47,145 nucleotides of DNA from Clostridia bacterium (GTDB lineage: Bacteria; Bacillota; Clostridia; Oscillospirales; CAG-272). Below, piece after piece: positions 34,730-46,390 of this stretch. Made by a program: the position numbers and the translations under genes. The stretch covers positions 1-47,145 of the forward strand of contig JAFTXK010000001.1 in NCBI GenBank assembly GCA_017461635.1. Direction: 5' to 3'. The notes under the pieces were generated by a model. The model made no database searches. It was given only the letters and a program-made list of their open reading frames with translations, and was not told where the DNA came from. Position 1 is the stretch's first letter; the number at the start of each line of letters is the position of its first letter.

Positions 34730-34890
34730 GGGCATCTCTAAAAACTCCCCACACGGCGAATCGGCGGATCTATTTCCGTCATTCGTCACAAAAATTCTTC
34801 GCAGAGGATCAACTTTGCGCGCGAATTTTTGTTTAGACTGACGAAAAAATCTCTCTTCGCTCGCCGCACGCCGAGTATTTAGAGATGCCC
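34730..34890. repeat. family-3 imperfect palindrome (161 bp)
   Basis: Ends GGGCATCTCTAAA(A/T)ACTC (34730-34747) and complement GAGTATTTAGAGATGCCC (34873-34890). Internal arms CGTCATTCGTCACAAAAATTC / GAATTTTTGTTTAGACTGACG. No ORF. Confidence 0.7.
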
Positions 34891-34921
34891 AATAAATGTA
34901 GAAAGGAACTTCAAATAAGCG

Positions 34922-36325
34922 ATGCTGTTTTCGAGTATAAGTTTTCTGTTTTATTTTTTTGCGGCTTTTCTTTTGCTGTATTTTGCAGTCCCGTTTAAGC
35001 TCAAAAATGCTGTGCTTCTGATATTCAGCCTGGTCTTTTATGCATGGGGCGGAGTAAAATATGCAATTCTCATGGTCGTTGCCATTTTGATCGGATATAT
35101 TTTCGGTCTGCTTATAGACAAATTCCGTGAGAACAAGAAAATAGCAAGACTGTTTATGTGGCTATCGGTTGCTTCCATTCTTGCATTTATGCTCTATTTT
35201 AAATATACGAACTTCTTTATTGACAATTTCAATAAGATCACCGGTATGGATGTGGTTTTCCTTCAGATCACTCTCCCTGTGGGCATCAGCTTCTATACAT
35301 TCCAGACAATAAGCTACGTTATCGATGTTTACAGAGGCGTTCCCGCTCAGAAAAATCTCATAAATCTCGCGGCATATGTCTCCATGTTTCCTCAGCTTAT
35401 CGCCGGTCCTATCGTTCGATATGTCGATGTTGCGGCAGAGCTTGAAGAGCGCACACATTCAATCGACAAATGCGCTGAGGGTATAAGAAGATTTATTATA
35501 GGTCTCGGTAAGAAAATACTCATCGCAGACCGTTTAAGTCAGCTTTGCGATATTCTCAAAGCCGAGGTCGATGAAAAAACCGTGCTGATATATTGGATCT
35601 ACGGAATCTCAGTTGCCCTTTATATCTATTTCGACTTTTCCGGATACAGCGATATGGCGATCGGTCTCGGAAAGATGTTCGGCTTCAAATTCCTTGAAAA
35701 CTTCAATTATCCCTATATTTCAAAAAGCGCCACCGAATTCTGGAGACGCTGGCATATGTCGCTGGGATCATGGTTCCGTGACTATGTATATATCCCCCTC
35801 GGCGGCAACAGAGTTTCAAAGCTCCGCCATGTCTTCAACATTTTCGTTGTCTGGTTTCTTACGGGCTTCTGGCACGGCGCGGCTTGGAATTTTATCCTTT
35901 GGGGCATATTCTTCGGAGTGCTCCTGCTCATAGAAAAATTCTGGCTTTACAAATATCTTGATAAGAGCAAGGTCATCGGACATGTCTATACACTGCTTGC
36001 GGCAGTATTCAGCTTTGTTCTCTTTAATGCGGCAGATCTCGGCGAGGCTACAACATATATCGGCGGAATGTTCGGCGCAGGCGGTATTCCCTTCACCTCT
36101 GCCGAAAGCATATATTATCTCAGAAGCTATGCGGTAATATTTATTCTCGCTATTATCGGAGCTACCCCCATCGTTAGAAAAATCGCCATAAAGCTTTCCG
36201 AATCAAGCAAGACAGGAAAGATCATCAATATCCTTGAGCCTATCGCTCTTGTTGCTGTTTTACTTGTGGTTACAAGCTATCTCGTTGACGGCTCTTTCAG
36301 CCCCTTCCTTTATTTCAGATTCTGA
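34922..36325 (+). CDS. MBOAT-family membrane O-acyltransferase (AlgI/DltB-like)
   Basis: 467 aa polytopic; FYTFQTISYVIDVYRG, FWRRWHMSLGSWFRDYVYIPLGGNR, GFWHGAAWNF (catalytic His region). Confidence 0.88.
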   Translation: MLFSSISFLFYFFAAFLLLYFAVPFKLKNAVLLIFSLVFYAWGGVKYAILMVVAILIGYIFGLLIDKFRENKKIARLFMWLSVASILAFMLYFKYTNFFIDNFNKITGMDVVFLQITLPVGISFYTFQTISYVIDVYRGVPAQKNLINLAAYVSMFPQLIAGPIVRYVDVAAELEERTHSIDKCAEGIRRFIIGLGKKILIADRLSQLCDILKAEVDEKTVLIYWIYGISVALYIYFDFSGYSDMAIGLGKMFGFKFLENFNYPYISKSATEFWRRWHMSLGSWFRDYVYIPLGGNRVSKLRHVFNIFVVWFLTGFWHGAAWNFILWGIFFGVLLLIEKFWLYKYLDKSKVIGHVYTLLAAVFSFVLFNAADLGEATTYIGGMFGAGGIPFTSAESIYYLRSYAVIFILAIIGATPIVRKIAIKLSESSKTGKIINILEPIALVAVLLVVTSYLVDGSFSPFLYFRF

Positions 36326-36340
36326 TAGGAGGCAATGTAA

Positions 36341-37459
36341 ATGAATACAAAAATAAAGAATATAGTTGTTTGTGTATCAATGGCTTTTGTCCTGTTTTCA
36401 CTTGCCGCTCTCTGTCTCTTTATGCCGAAGGAGGATTTCCTTGATGCAGAAAGAAGAGAACCCGAAGAATTTCCCGAGTTTACCCTCGAAAGCGTTATGA
36501 AGGACGGGGTCGACTACGAAGACAGCTTTATGTCAAAATTCGAAAAATATGCCCTTGACGCATTCCCCTTCCGAGATGCCTTCAGAACTCTGAAAGCGAT
36601 TTGCTCAAATTACATTTTCCTTCATAAAGATAATAATAATATCTTTATTTCGGACGGGTATGCCGCAGAGATGCAGTATCCGATGAATGAGGATTCCATC
36701 GATCATGTTACAAGCCGTTTTCAGTTTATTTACGACAGGTACTTGAAGGATAAGGACATCACTCCGTATCTTTCTATAATTCCCGATAAGGCTTATTTCC
36801 TTGCGGAGGATAACGGAAATCTCTCGATGGATTACGAAGAGTTTGTAAAGCAGTTTACGAGCAAGACCGAATATGCTGAATATATTGATATTTTCGGAGC
36901 TCTTTCCATTGAGGATTATTACAAAACCGATACCCATTGGAGACAGGAAAATCTTGTTGACATTGCGGAAATACTCGTAAACTCCATGGGCGGAAGCTAT
37001 AACAGCACCTTCGATAGGAATACTCTTGAAAATCCTTTCTACGGAGTCTATTACGGTCAGGCTGCGCTTCCGATGCCCTCGGAAACGATCTATTATCTGA
37101 CAAATGAAAATCTCATGAATGTCAAGGTATATGACCATCAGAATAATAAAGAGATCTCTCTTTATGATATGGAAAAAGCATACGGAAAGGATCCTTATGA
37201 TCTCTTTATGTCGGGTGAGCTTTCTCTTGTTACCATAGAGAATCCAAATGCAAAAACAGATAAAGAGCTTATCATATTCCGCGATTCCTTCGGAAGAAGC
37301 ATTATCCCGCTTATGGCAGAGGATTATGCAAAGATAACGGTTATTGATATCAGATATCTTCCTTCCACCATGCTTGGACTTTATGTGGATTTTGAGGATC
37401 AGGATGTACTCTTCCTCTACAGCACATTGGTACTCAATAACGGAAAAACCATTACCTGA
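36341..37459 (+). CDS. DHHW-family / AlgJ-AlgX-like extracytoplasmic acyltransferase partner protein
   Basis: N-terminal TM anchor; YYKTDTHWRQEN (D-x-H-W motif); IIFRDSFGRSIIPL. Immediately downstream of the MBOAT gene. Confidence 0.7.
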   Translation: MNTKIKNIVVCVSMAFVLFSLAALCLFMPKEDFLDAERREPEEFPEFTLESVMKDGVDYEDSFMSKFEKYALDAFPFRDAFRTLKAICSNYIFLHKDNNNIFISDGYAAEMQYPMNEDSIDHVTSRFQFIYDRYLKDKDITPYLSIIPDKAYFLAEDNGNLSMDYEEFVKQFTSKTEYAEYIDIFGALSIEDYYKTDTHWRQENLVDIAEILVNSMGGSYNSTFDRNTLENPFYGVYYGQAALPMPSETIYYLTNENLMNVKVYDHQNNKEISLYDMEKAYGKDPYDLFMSGELSLVTIENPNAKTDKELIIFRDSFGRSIIPLMAEDYAKITVIDIRYLPSTMLGLYVDFEDQDVLFLYSTLVLNNGKTIT

Positions 37460-37474
37460 TAATTTAATACCTGT

Positions 37475-37511
37475 AAAGGCACTCTCGATTAAAAGAGTGC
37501 CTTTTGTATTT
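37475..37511 (+). terminator. rho-independent terminator after the MBOAT/DHHW pair
   Basis: AAAGGCACTCT-CGATTAAA-AGAGTGCCTTT followed by TGTATTT. Confidence 0.7.
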
Positions 37512-37773
37512 GAGTTATAAATAAGAGGGGACTTCTTACGATAAATTTATATACACAAGTCAATTCTCGCTTTATCACCCAAATATTTTGCGGTCAGAGT
37601 GTCCGAGTGCTAATTTGCGAACTTTTCGGGTATTGAGGAATAATTTATCAAAAAAGGGTAAATGATTATCCGTAAGGGATGGGCAAAAAGCTGTTTTTTA
37701 TTAAAAAACGCCTTAAAAACACTTGTTTTTTGCGATATTTACAGTTCGTTAATAAAATATCTCATAAATCTTA

Positions 37774-37802
37774 TTGACAAAAAACAAAATATGTGGTAAA
37801 TT
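37774..37802 (+). promoter_or_regulatory. promoter of the hrcA-dnaK operon
   Basis: TTGACA (37774-37779), 17 nt, TGGTAAATT (TAAATT 37797-37802); directly upstream of CIRCE. Confidence 0.65.
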
Positions 37803-37813
37803 TTTAATGTCGG

Positions 37814-37840
37814 TTAGCACTCAGCGTGTCCGAGTGCTAA
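37814..37840 (+). promoter_or_regulatory. CIRCE operator (HrcA binding site)
   Basis: Perfect TTAGCACTC-N9-GAGTGCTAA. Confidence 0.93.
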
Positions 37841-37863
37841 AAACTACGATCAAGGAGGCAAAT

Positions 37864-38958
37864 ATGTGCGGAAATGAACTCAGCGACCGCAAGAAGTTAA
37901 TTCTAAGATCCATCATCGAAGCGCATATCGAAACAGGCGAGCCCATCGGCTCAAAGTATCTGACGGAAAATATGCAGATCGCCTGCTCCTCCGCAACCAT
38001 CAGAAACGAAATGGCTGAGCTTGAAAGTCTCGGCTATCTGGAACAGCCCCATACCTCTTCGGGCAGGATCCCCTCCGACCTTGGCTACAGATTTTATGTA
38101 GATTCTCTTGCAGACAGCTACGCTTTGGCAACAGCCGAGATCGATGGGATGAACGAGCTGATGAAGGTCAAGATGCATGAGATCGATAAGGTTCTCGAAT
38201 CCGCTTCAAAGCTGGCATCCTCTCTTACAAATTACACGGGCATTGCAATCAAGCCCCGCCCTGCCTCGGCTTTTATCAGCAGATTTGAGATAATGTATCT
38301 CGATGAAAGCAATTTCATCATCGTCATGCTAACCTCCATCGGAAGCGTTAAATCCAGAAGCATCCATTCCGACAGAGAGCTTGACCGCGACGGTGCGGAG
38401 CATATCACCGACTGCCTCAACGCTTGCTTTGCAGGTCTCTCGGCAGATAGGATCACGCTCCCTATCGTTATGAAATTCGAGAACATGATGACTGCCTTCT
38501 CTTCCCTCTCGCAGACGCTGATAAAGAGCGTTTATGAGGTAATGAACGAGATAAACGGCGGCTCGCTCCGCTATTCAGGCATCGATCATCTGCTCCGTTA
38601 TCCCGAATTTTCGGATATGTCCCGCTTGGGTGAGCTTCTTGAGGTTCTTGAGAGGCAGGACGATATTCTGAGCATCGTTTCGGATAATGATAAGGAGGAC
38701 ATCAGCGTATACATCGGCTCGGAAAGCCCTGTAAAGGTGATGAATAATTCCTCACTGGTTTTCAAAGCAATCAAAGATAAAGACGGAAAAACCGTCGGTG
38801 CCATCGGAGTTATAGGTCCTACCAGAATGGACTATGCAAAGGTCCTTTCAACCATATCCTCCATCAGCGGAAATATCTCAAGCATGCTTGAGGGCGGTTC
38901 TGCACTTGGCAAGGGCGGAAATAACCTTTTAGGAGAAGGAGATAATAATGACGGATAA
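37864..38958 (+). CDS. hrcA: heat-inducible transcription repressor HrcA
   Basis: LSDRKKLILRSIIEAHIETGEPIGSKYL..., GYLEQPHTSSGRIPSDLGYRFYVD. ATG 37864 after AAGGAGG. ORF track start 37774 runs through the promoter and CIRCE. Confidence 0.92.
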   Translation: MCGNELSDRKKLILRSIIEAHIETGEPIGSKYLTENMQIACSSATIRNEMAELESLGYLEQPHTSSGRIPSDLGYRFYVDSLADSYALATAEIDGMNELMKVKMHEIDKVLESASKLASSLTNYTGIAIKPRPASAFISRFEIMYLDESNFIIVMLTSIGSVKSRSIHSDRELDRDGAEHITDCLNACFAGLSADRITLPIVMKFENMMTAFSSLSQTLIKSVYEVMNEINGGSLRYSGIDHLLRYPEFSDMSRLGELLEVLERQDDILSIVSDNDKEDISVYIGSESPVKVMNNSSLVFKAIKDKDGKTVGAIGVIGPTRMDYAKVLSTISSISGNISSMLEGGSALGKGGNNLLGEGDNNDG

Positions 38959-39544
38959 CAAAATGTCAAAAGAAAAGCTTGATGAGATCCTTGAAGAAAT
39001 AGAGATAAGCGAAGAAGCTCCAAACGAGGATAAGTCGGAAAAGAAGAAATCAAAAAAGAATAACGAGCTTGATTCTTTAAAGAAAGAGCTCAACGAAACC
39101 AAGAAGGCACTTGAAGAATCAGAGAAAACTCTCGAGGAATCAAATAATAAGTATCTTACGATGCTGGCAGAATATGATAATTTCCGCAGAAGAAGCGCAA
39201 AGGAAAAGGAAAGCACATATACTGATGCCTATGCAGATGTTCTCGCACAGATACTTCCCGTTATTGATAATCTGGAGCGCGCGGCAGCATACGGTGACGG
39301 CAATGCCGAGAATGTTGCAAAGGGGCTTGAAATGACCCTGCGCAGCTTTACCGAGATCATGGAAAAGCTGGGCGTTAAGGAGATCGAATCCTTGGGCAAG
39401 ACCTTTGACCCCGAGGTTCACAATGCGGTCTTCCACACCGATGACGAAAGCTACGGTGAACAGGAGATCGTTGAAGTCCTGCAAAAGGGCTATATGATCG
39501 GAGAAAAGGTTCTCCGATATGCCATGGTAAAAGTGGCTAACTGA
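38948..39544 (+). CDS. grpE: nucleotide exchange factor GrpE
   Basis: Acidic/lysine-rich N-terminus, YLTMLAEYDNFRRRSAKEKE, FDPEVHNAV, GYMIGEKVLRYAMVKV. Confidence 0.93.
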   Translation: MTDNKMSKEKLDEILEEIEISEEAPNEDKSEKKKSKKNNELDSLKKELNETKKALEESEKTLEESNNKYLTMLAEYDNFRRRSAKEKESTYTDAYADVLAQILPVIDNLERAAAYGDGNAENVAKGLEMTLRSFTEIMEKLGVKEIESLGKTFDPEVHNAVFHTDDESYGEQEIVEVLQKGYMIGEKVLRYAMVKVAN

Positions 39545-39589
39545 GTTTTTAAAAAATTTATATAAACATTATTTGGAGGAAAAATAATC

Positions 39590-41428
<1,839 letters not shown>

Positions 41429-41438
41429 TTTAATAGAT

Positions 41439-41468
41439 GCGGAAAAGGGTCAAAATGCCCTTTTCCGC
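41439..41468 (+). terminator. hairpin between dnaK and dnaJ (partial terminator/attenuator)
   Basis: GCGGAAAAGGG-TCAAAATG-CCCTTTTCCGC; only a weak T tract follows (TTACCAGTTT). Confidence 0.45.
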
Positions 41469-41505
41469 TTACCAGTTTATAAAATAAATTAAGGATTTTA
41501 GACAA

Positions 41506-42645
41506 ATGGCAGATAAACGCGATTATTATGAGGTGCTGGGGCTTGATAAAGGCGCAGATGATGCGGCGATAAAGAAGGCCTATCGCTCTCTGGCAAAAAA
41601 ATATCATCCCGACCTCAATCCGGGCGATGCGGCGGCAGAGGAAAAATTCAAGGAAGTCAACGAGGCCTATGCAGTCCTATCCGACCCCGAGCAGAAGGCT
41701 AAATATGACCAGTTCGGTCATGCCGCGTTCGATCCCGCAAGCGGCGGATACGGCGGCGGAGGCTTTGGCGGATTTGGAGATTTCGGCGATCTCGGAGATA
41801 TCTTCAGCTCAATGTTCGGCGGAGGCTTTGGCGGCTTCGGAGGCGGTGGCAGACGCCGTAACGGTCCTGTACGCGGCGATGATATCGGAGTTCACATAAC
41901 CATTTCCTTTGAGGAAGCCGCTTTCGGCGTAAAAAAGGACATCACATATAACAGAATTCAGAAATGCTCGGATTGTGGCGGCACAGGCGCGGCTAAGGGC
42001 ACAAGTCCCGAGACCTGTTCTCAGTGCCAAGGCTCCGGGCAGATGAGAGTTACACAGCGCATGGGCGGTATGGCTTTTCAGACCACCACCACCTGTAATG
42101 CCTGCGGCGGTAAAGGTACTATCATTAAAACTCCCTGCACAAATTGTAACAGCAAAGGCTTTGTAAAGGTTTCAAAGAAGCTTGAAGTTACCATTCCTGC
42201 AGGCATCGATGACGGAGAGCGCATTGCGCTCCGCGGTCAGGGCTGTGACGGACGTAACGGAGGTTCTACGGGCGATCTTATTCTGAATATCAATGTTAAG
42301 CCCCACAATCTCTTTGAGCGTGACGGATATGATCTTTACTGCGAAGTGCCGATAACGGTAGTTGAGGCAACTCTTGGAGCTGAGATCGATGTTCCCACAC
42401 TTGAGGGCAATGTTAAATTCAAGATTCCCGAGGGAACTCAGCCGGGAACACAGTTCAGCCTACGCCAGAAGGGTATCACAATGGTGAATTCTCAGCGCAA
42501 GGGAGATCTCTATTTCAATGTCAATGTTGAGATCCCGAAGAATCTAAGCGAAAAGCAGAAGGAAAATATGCGCAACTTTGCCGAAAGCTGCGGCGAGAGC
42601 AATTATGCAAAGAAAACAAGCTTCTTTAAAAAATTCTTTAAATAA
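41506..42645 (+). CDS. dnaJ: molecular chaperone DnaJ
   Basis: J domain with HPD ([11 protein letters not shown]), G/F-rich region, four CxxCxGxG zinc-finger repeats. Confidence 0.96.
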   Translation: MADKRDYYEVLGLDKGADDAAIKKAYRSLAKKYHPDLNPGDAAAEEKFKEVNEAYAVLSDPEQKAKYDQFGHAAFDPASGGYGGGGFGGFGDFGDLGDIFSSMFGGGFGGFGGGGRRRNGPVRGDDIGVHITISFEEAAFGVKKDITYNRIQKCSDCGGTGAAKGTSPETCSQCQGSGQMRVTQRMGGMAFQTTTTCNACGGKGTIIKTPCTNCNSKGFVKVSKKLEVTIPAGIDDGERIALRGQGCDGRNGGSTGDLILNINVKPHNLFERDGYDLYCEVPITVVEATLGAEIDVPTLEGNVKFKIPEGTQPGTQFSLRQKGITMVNSQRKGDLYFNVNVEIPKNLSEKQKENMRNFAESCGESNYAKKTSFFKKFFK

Positions 42646-43587
42646 ATGAAAGGATCAATCGACTTGGAACAGACAAAGGATTGGACACAGCTCCGCGTGA
42701 CGGTGAAGCTTGAGCTTCTTGATGCCGCCACCGCCATTATGAGCATGATAGATAATAACCTTATGATCGAGGATTACAGCGATATCGACCTTAAGAGCGT
42801 CTACGGCGATCTCATCGATGAAAGCCTGCTGAATGCAGATAAAACCATCGCTTCCATCTCGGTCTTTATCCCCTGCGAAAAGAGCCCCACAGATGCAATG
42901 GCTTTTCTCCGCGAGCGTTTTAATGCTGAGGGCATCGACGCAAAATTTGAGCTTATCGGCGTAAACGAGGATGACTGGGCAAATGCCTGGAAGGCTTATT
43001 ATAAGCCCATCAGGATCGGAAAGCATATGGTCATCGTTCCCGCCTGGGAACGCTTTGAGCCACTGCCCGATGATATCGTTGTCAGAATGGATCCCGGCAT
43101 GGCATTCGGCACAGGAACTCATGAGACCACCCGCCTTGTTATCGAGCTTCTCGAAAAATATGTAAATAAAGGCGACAGAATGCTTGATGTCGGCACAGGA
43201 AGCGGTATTCTCGCTATCTGTGCATCAAAGCTCGGCGCAGATCACTGCGCGGCATATGATATCGACCCCGTTGCAGTGCGTGTTGCAAGAGATAACATTG
43301 CCGAAAGCGGGCAGGAAAATATCATCTGCGAGGTATCCGACCTTCTTAAGCAGGTTTCGCTCGAAGGTGGTCAGTACGATATTGTTACAGCAAATATCGT
43401 TGCGGATATCATCATCCGCATGGCTCCCGATATCGGCAAATATATGAAGAAGGGCGCGCCCCTCATCGCTTCGGGTATCATATCCGAGCGCAAGGACGAG
43501 GTGCTTAATGTTCTTCTCGAAAATAATCTAACACTTGTTGAGATCCTCGAGGATAACGGCTGGTGCGCAATCGTTGTAAAAAAGTAA
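42646..43587 (+). CDS. prmA: ribosomal protein L11 methyltransferase PrmA
   Basis: DPGMAFGTGTHETTRL, MLDVGTGSGILAI. No RBS before ATG 42646; in-frame TTG 42664 after AAAGGA is an alternative start. Confidence 0.88.
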   Translation: MKGSIDLEQTKDWTQLRVTVKLELLDAATAIMSMIDNNLMIEDYSDIDLKSVYGDLIDESLLNADKTIASISVFIPCEKSPTDAMAFLRERFNAEGIDAKFELIGVNEDDWANAWKAYYKPIRIGKHMVIVPAWERFEPLPDDIVVRMDPGMAFGTGTHETTRLVIELLEKYVNKGDRMLDVGTGSGILAICASKLGADHCAAYDIDPVAVRVARDNIAESGQENIICEVSDLLKQVSLEGGQYDIVTANIVADIIIRMAPDIGKYMKKGAPLIASGIISERKDEVLNVLLENNLTLVEILEDNGWCAIVVKK

Positions 43588-43625
43588 AAAATCGTTTTTA
43601 TAATTGAAAATTTCATAGTTTTTCT

Positions 43626-43675
43626 GCAATAACCCTCCCGTCAAATTTCGGCGGGAGGGTTATTGCCTTTTGTTT
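43626..43675. terminator. bidirectional terminator between prmA and the DeoR-family gene
   Basis: 15-bp stem GCAATAACCCTCCCG / CGGGAGGGTTATTGC followed by CTTTTGTTT. Confidence 0.75.
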
Positions 43676-43710
43676 ATGAACTGTTTTACAGCTCCTTATT
43701 CTATAGTAAA

Positions 43711-44445
43711 TTATTGTTTTAAATCCGTCAGCTTTTTAGCGGATTCATCATCATCGCAGTAAATGCCGTCCGCCTCCCAGGCTCGGCAGAGATTATACAT
43801 ATAACTCTTTCGGATCTTATCTGAAGTACAGAGAAAGATCTTTTTTTTCGCATGTCTCATCATAACCTTTCTCAGCTCTGATTCCTCTGTTGAGGAATCG
43901 GTAAGCTGACCGTCCTCGGCAACTCCGCGGCAGGAGAAATAGAAAATATCCGCATTGAAATGTCTTACAAAATCCTCGGCGCGATTGCCCACAAATGCAA
44001 TGGAATTTTCAAGCAACAGCCCTCCCGTGCAAAAGGAACGTATCTTCTTTTCGGCAAGAGCCAAGGAAGTTTTCGGACTGTTGGTTATAACAGTCATATC
44101 CTTATGAGCGGCAATATATTCCACCAGATAAGAAACAGTGGAGGAAGCATCAAGAAAGATCACCTGTCCATCCCGGAGAAGCTCTGAAGCCTTTTCGGCA
44201 ATGACCGCTTTTGCCCCCCTGCCCTCTCTTTCGCGAAGCGATAGCGGCACCTCGCGGTTGAGAAGCTCACTTAGAACTGCACCGCCAAAGGTTCGCCTAA
44301 TTTTTCCGTCTCTCTCAAGCATATCGAGATCGCGTCTGATGGTCGGTTCACTTACAAAAAGCTCCTTTGCAAGATAATGAACGGTCGCATTTCCCCGCTC
44401 ACGAAGTATTCTTAAAATATCCTCATGCCTTTTGGAATAGAACAT
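43711..44445 (-). CDS. DeoR/GlpR-family transcriptional regulator
   Basis: N-terminal HTH (RHEDILRILRERGNATVHYLAKELFVSEPTIRRDLDMLERDGKIRRTFGGA) and DeoR C-terminal sugar-phosphate sensor domain. ATG 44445 after GGAGA. Confidence 0.88.
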   Translation of the reverse strand: MFYSKRHEDILRILRERGNATVHYLAKELFVSEPTIRRDLDMLERDGKIRRTFGGAVLSELLNREVPLSLREREGRGAKAVIAEKASELLRDGQVIFLDASSTVSYLVEYIAAHKDMTVITNSPKTSLALAEKKIRSFCTGGLLLENSIAFVGNRAEDFVRHFNADIFYFSCRGVAEDGQLTDSSTEESELRKVMMRHAKKKIFLCTSDKIRKSYMYNLCRAWEADGIYCDDDESAKKLTDLKQ

Positions 44446-44528
44446 ATTTTGATCTCCATTTTCGTTTTTGATCATTTGTGATTATATTTTACACTTTTTG
44501 TGAGTGTTTGTCAATATTTTCGCCAATA

Positions 44529-44557
44529 TTGATTTTCGTTTTTTTCGACTATATAAT
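44529..44557 (+). promoter_or_regulatory. candidate promoter of the GDPD-ADH/epimerase operon
   Basis: TTGATT (44529-44534), 17 nt, TATAAT (44552-44557). Flanked by three TTTTCG repeats (possible DeoR operator). Confidence 0.45.
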
Positions 44558-44602
44558 ATTCTTGAAACTATAAACTATTGTTTATACCCAAAGGAGAAAA
44601 AC

Positions 44603-46390
44603 ATGTGGAATAATGAATCCGAAAGCAACATAATGGTTGTCGGTCACAGAGGAATGCGCGATCTTTTTCCTGAAAACACGATGATTTCCTTTGCCGCGGC
44701 TCTTGATGCTGGCGTGGATCTCATCGAATTTGACGTTCATCTGACAAAGGACGGAATCCCTGTCGTCTGCCACGATGGCAATGTTCGGAGAACCACCGAT
44801 GGCGAGGGCGAGATCAAGGATATGACCCTTGAAGAACTCAAAAAGCTTGATGCAGGCATTAAAAAGCATACAAGATTTGCGGGCGAAAAGATCCCCACTC
44901 TCGAAGAGGTTCTTACGCTGATGAAGAACGCTCCCTATGAGGTTCTTCTCAATGTTGAGATAAAGCCCTCAGACCATAAGGTAGTCGACAAGACAATTGC
45001 TATGCTCCGCAAATTCGGTCTTGCCGAGCGGAGCGTTATCGCTTGCTTTGACGCGGAGATCATCCGCTATACGAAGAGCACATATCCCGAAATGAAAACT
45101 CAGGGCTTCCCGGGCAGATACATGAGCAATTTCACCGAGGATACCTATGAATGCATGTACGGCATAGGTATTCCGATAAATTGGGGAGACTGCTCGGACG
45201 AGAGTATCAAAGCAGACGTTGAAATGGCAAAGTCAAAGGGACTTATGCGTTGGCTATTTTGCGCGGACAATGAAGATGATGTAGCAAAATGCGTTAAACT
45301 GGGCTGTACAAATGTTACAGGAAATGACCCCATGCCCGCCATCCGTTATCTTGCAAAAATGGGGCTTCGCAAGGCTCCCGAGCACAAATTTCCGAAAAAT
45401 ATGACCGCCATCAGTCTTCATGCCGTCGGTGATCTCGTAACAGAGGAGCGCCAAATACCCGAAATCGGCGAGGATGAGGTTCTTGTCAATGTAAAGAACT
45501 GCGGAATTTGCGGCAGTGACATCGGCAGAGTATTTAAGAACGGTACATATCATTTTCCCACCGTTATAGGTCATGAATTTGCGGGCAAAGTAGTCCTTGA
45601 CAAGAGCGGAGAATGGACAGGTAGGCGCGTCAGCGTATTCCCTCTTTTGCCCTGTTTTAACTGCGAGGCTTGCAAGGCTCAAAACTATGCCTGTTGTGCA
45701 AATTACGACTATTACGGCTCTCGCAGAGACGGCGGTTTTACGCAGTATATCGCCGTTAAGAAATTCAATCTTGTTCCCCTTCCCGATAATGTCACCTATG
45801 AAGAGGGCGCAATGTGCGAGCCCGCTTCTGTCGGTTGCCATGCCATTAAAAAGCTGAACATCAAGGGCAGCGAAAGTATCCTTATCTCCGGCGCAGGGCC
45901 CATCGGCATCATTGCCGCAAGATGGGCTATGGGTAAAGGTGCGGCAAGCGTTAAATTTATTGAAAACGACCCTGCCAAAATAGATTTTGCAAAGAAGCTT
46001 GGCTTTATGATACATAACGAAGGCGAAAAATACGATTGCGCCATTGAAGGAACAGGCGCGTCCGCGCCGCTTTCAATGATCCTACGCGCAGTTAAAACGC
46101 GCGGAAAGGTAGTTCTCATGGGCAATCCGAGCTGTGAGATAAATCTTGCCCCAAATGACTATCAGCAGATCCTGCGCTCCGAGCTTCAGCTCCTCGGCAC
46201 TTGGAATTCCTCTTATGCTGATCTCGATAACGATTGGCGCGATACGCTTGAAGCAGTCTCAAAGGGTGAGCTTATCATCCGTGATCTTATTACCCACCGC
46301 TTCCCTCTTGCAGATACGCTTAAGGGGCTTACCATGATGCGCGACAAGAAAGAATTTTTTGTAAAGGTGATGACAGATAATGATAAATAA
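44603..46390 (+). CDS. fusion protein: N-terminal glycerophosphodiester phosphodiesterase (GDPD) domain + C-terminal zinc-dependent MDR alcohol/polyol(-phosphate) dehydrogenase domain
   Basis: GDPD: VVGHRGMRDLFPENT...EFDVHLTKDGIPVVCHD. ADH from internal Met at 45401: GICGSD, GHEFAG, structural-zinc CFNCEACKAQNYACC, GAGPIG. No stop and no RBS between the domains. ATG 44603 after AAAGGAGAA. Confidence 0.8.
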   Translation: MWNNESESNIMVVGHRGMRDLFPENTMISFAAALDAGVDLIEFDVHLTKDGIPVVCHDGNVRRTTDGEGEIKDMTLEELKKLDAGIKKHTRFAGEKIPTLEEVLTLMKNAPYEVLLNVEIKPSDHKVVDKTIAMLRKFGLAERSVIACFDAEIIRYTKSTYPEMKTQGFPGRYMSNFTEDTYECMYGIGIPINWGDCSDESIKADVEMAKSKGLMRWLFCADNEDDVAKCVKLGCTNVTGNDPMPAIRYLAKMGLRKAPEHKFPKNMTAISLHAVGDLVTEERQIPEIGEDEVLVNVKNCGICGSDIGRVFKNGTYHFPTVIGHEFAGKVVLDKSGEWTGRRVSVFPLLPCFNCEACKAQNYACCANYDYYGSRRDGGFTQYIAVKKFNLVPLPDNVTYEEGAMCEPASVGCHAIKKLNIKGSESILISGAGPIGIIAARWAMGKGAASVKFIENDPAKIDFAKKLGFMIHNEGEKYDCAIEGTGASAPLSMILRAVKTRGKVVLMGNPSCEINLAPNDYQQILRSELQLLGTWNSSYADLDNDWRDTLEAVSKGELIIRDLITHRFPLADTLKGLTMMRDKKEFFVKVMTDNDK

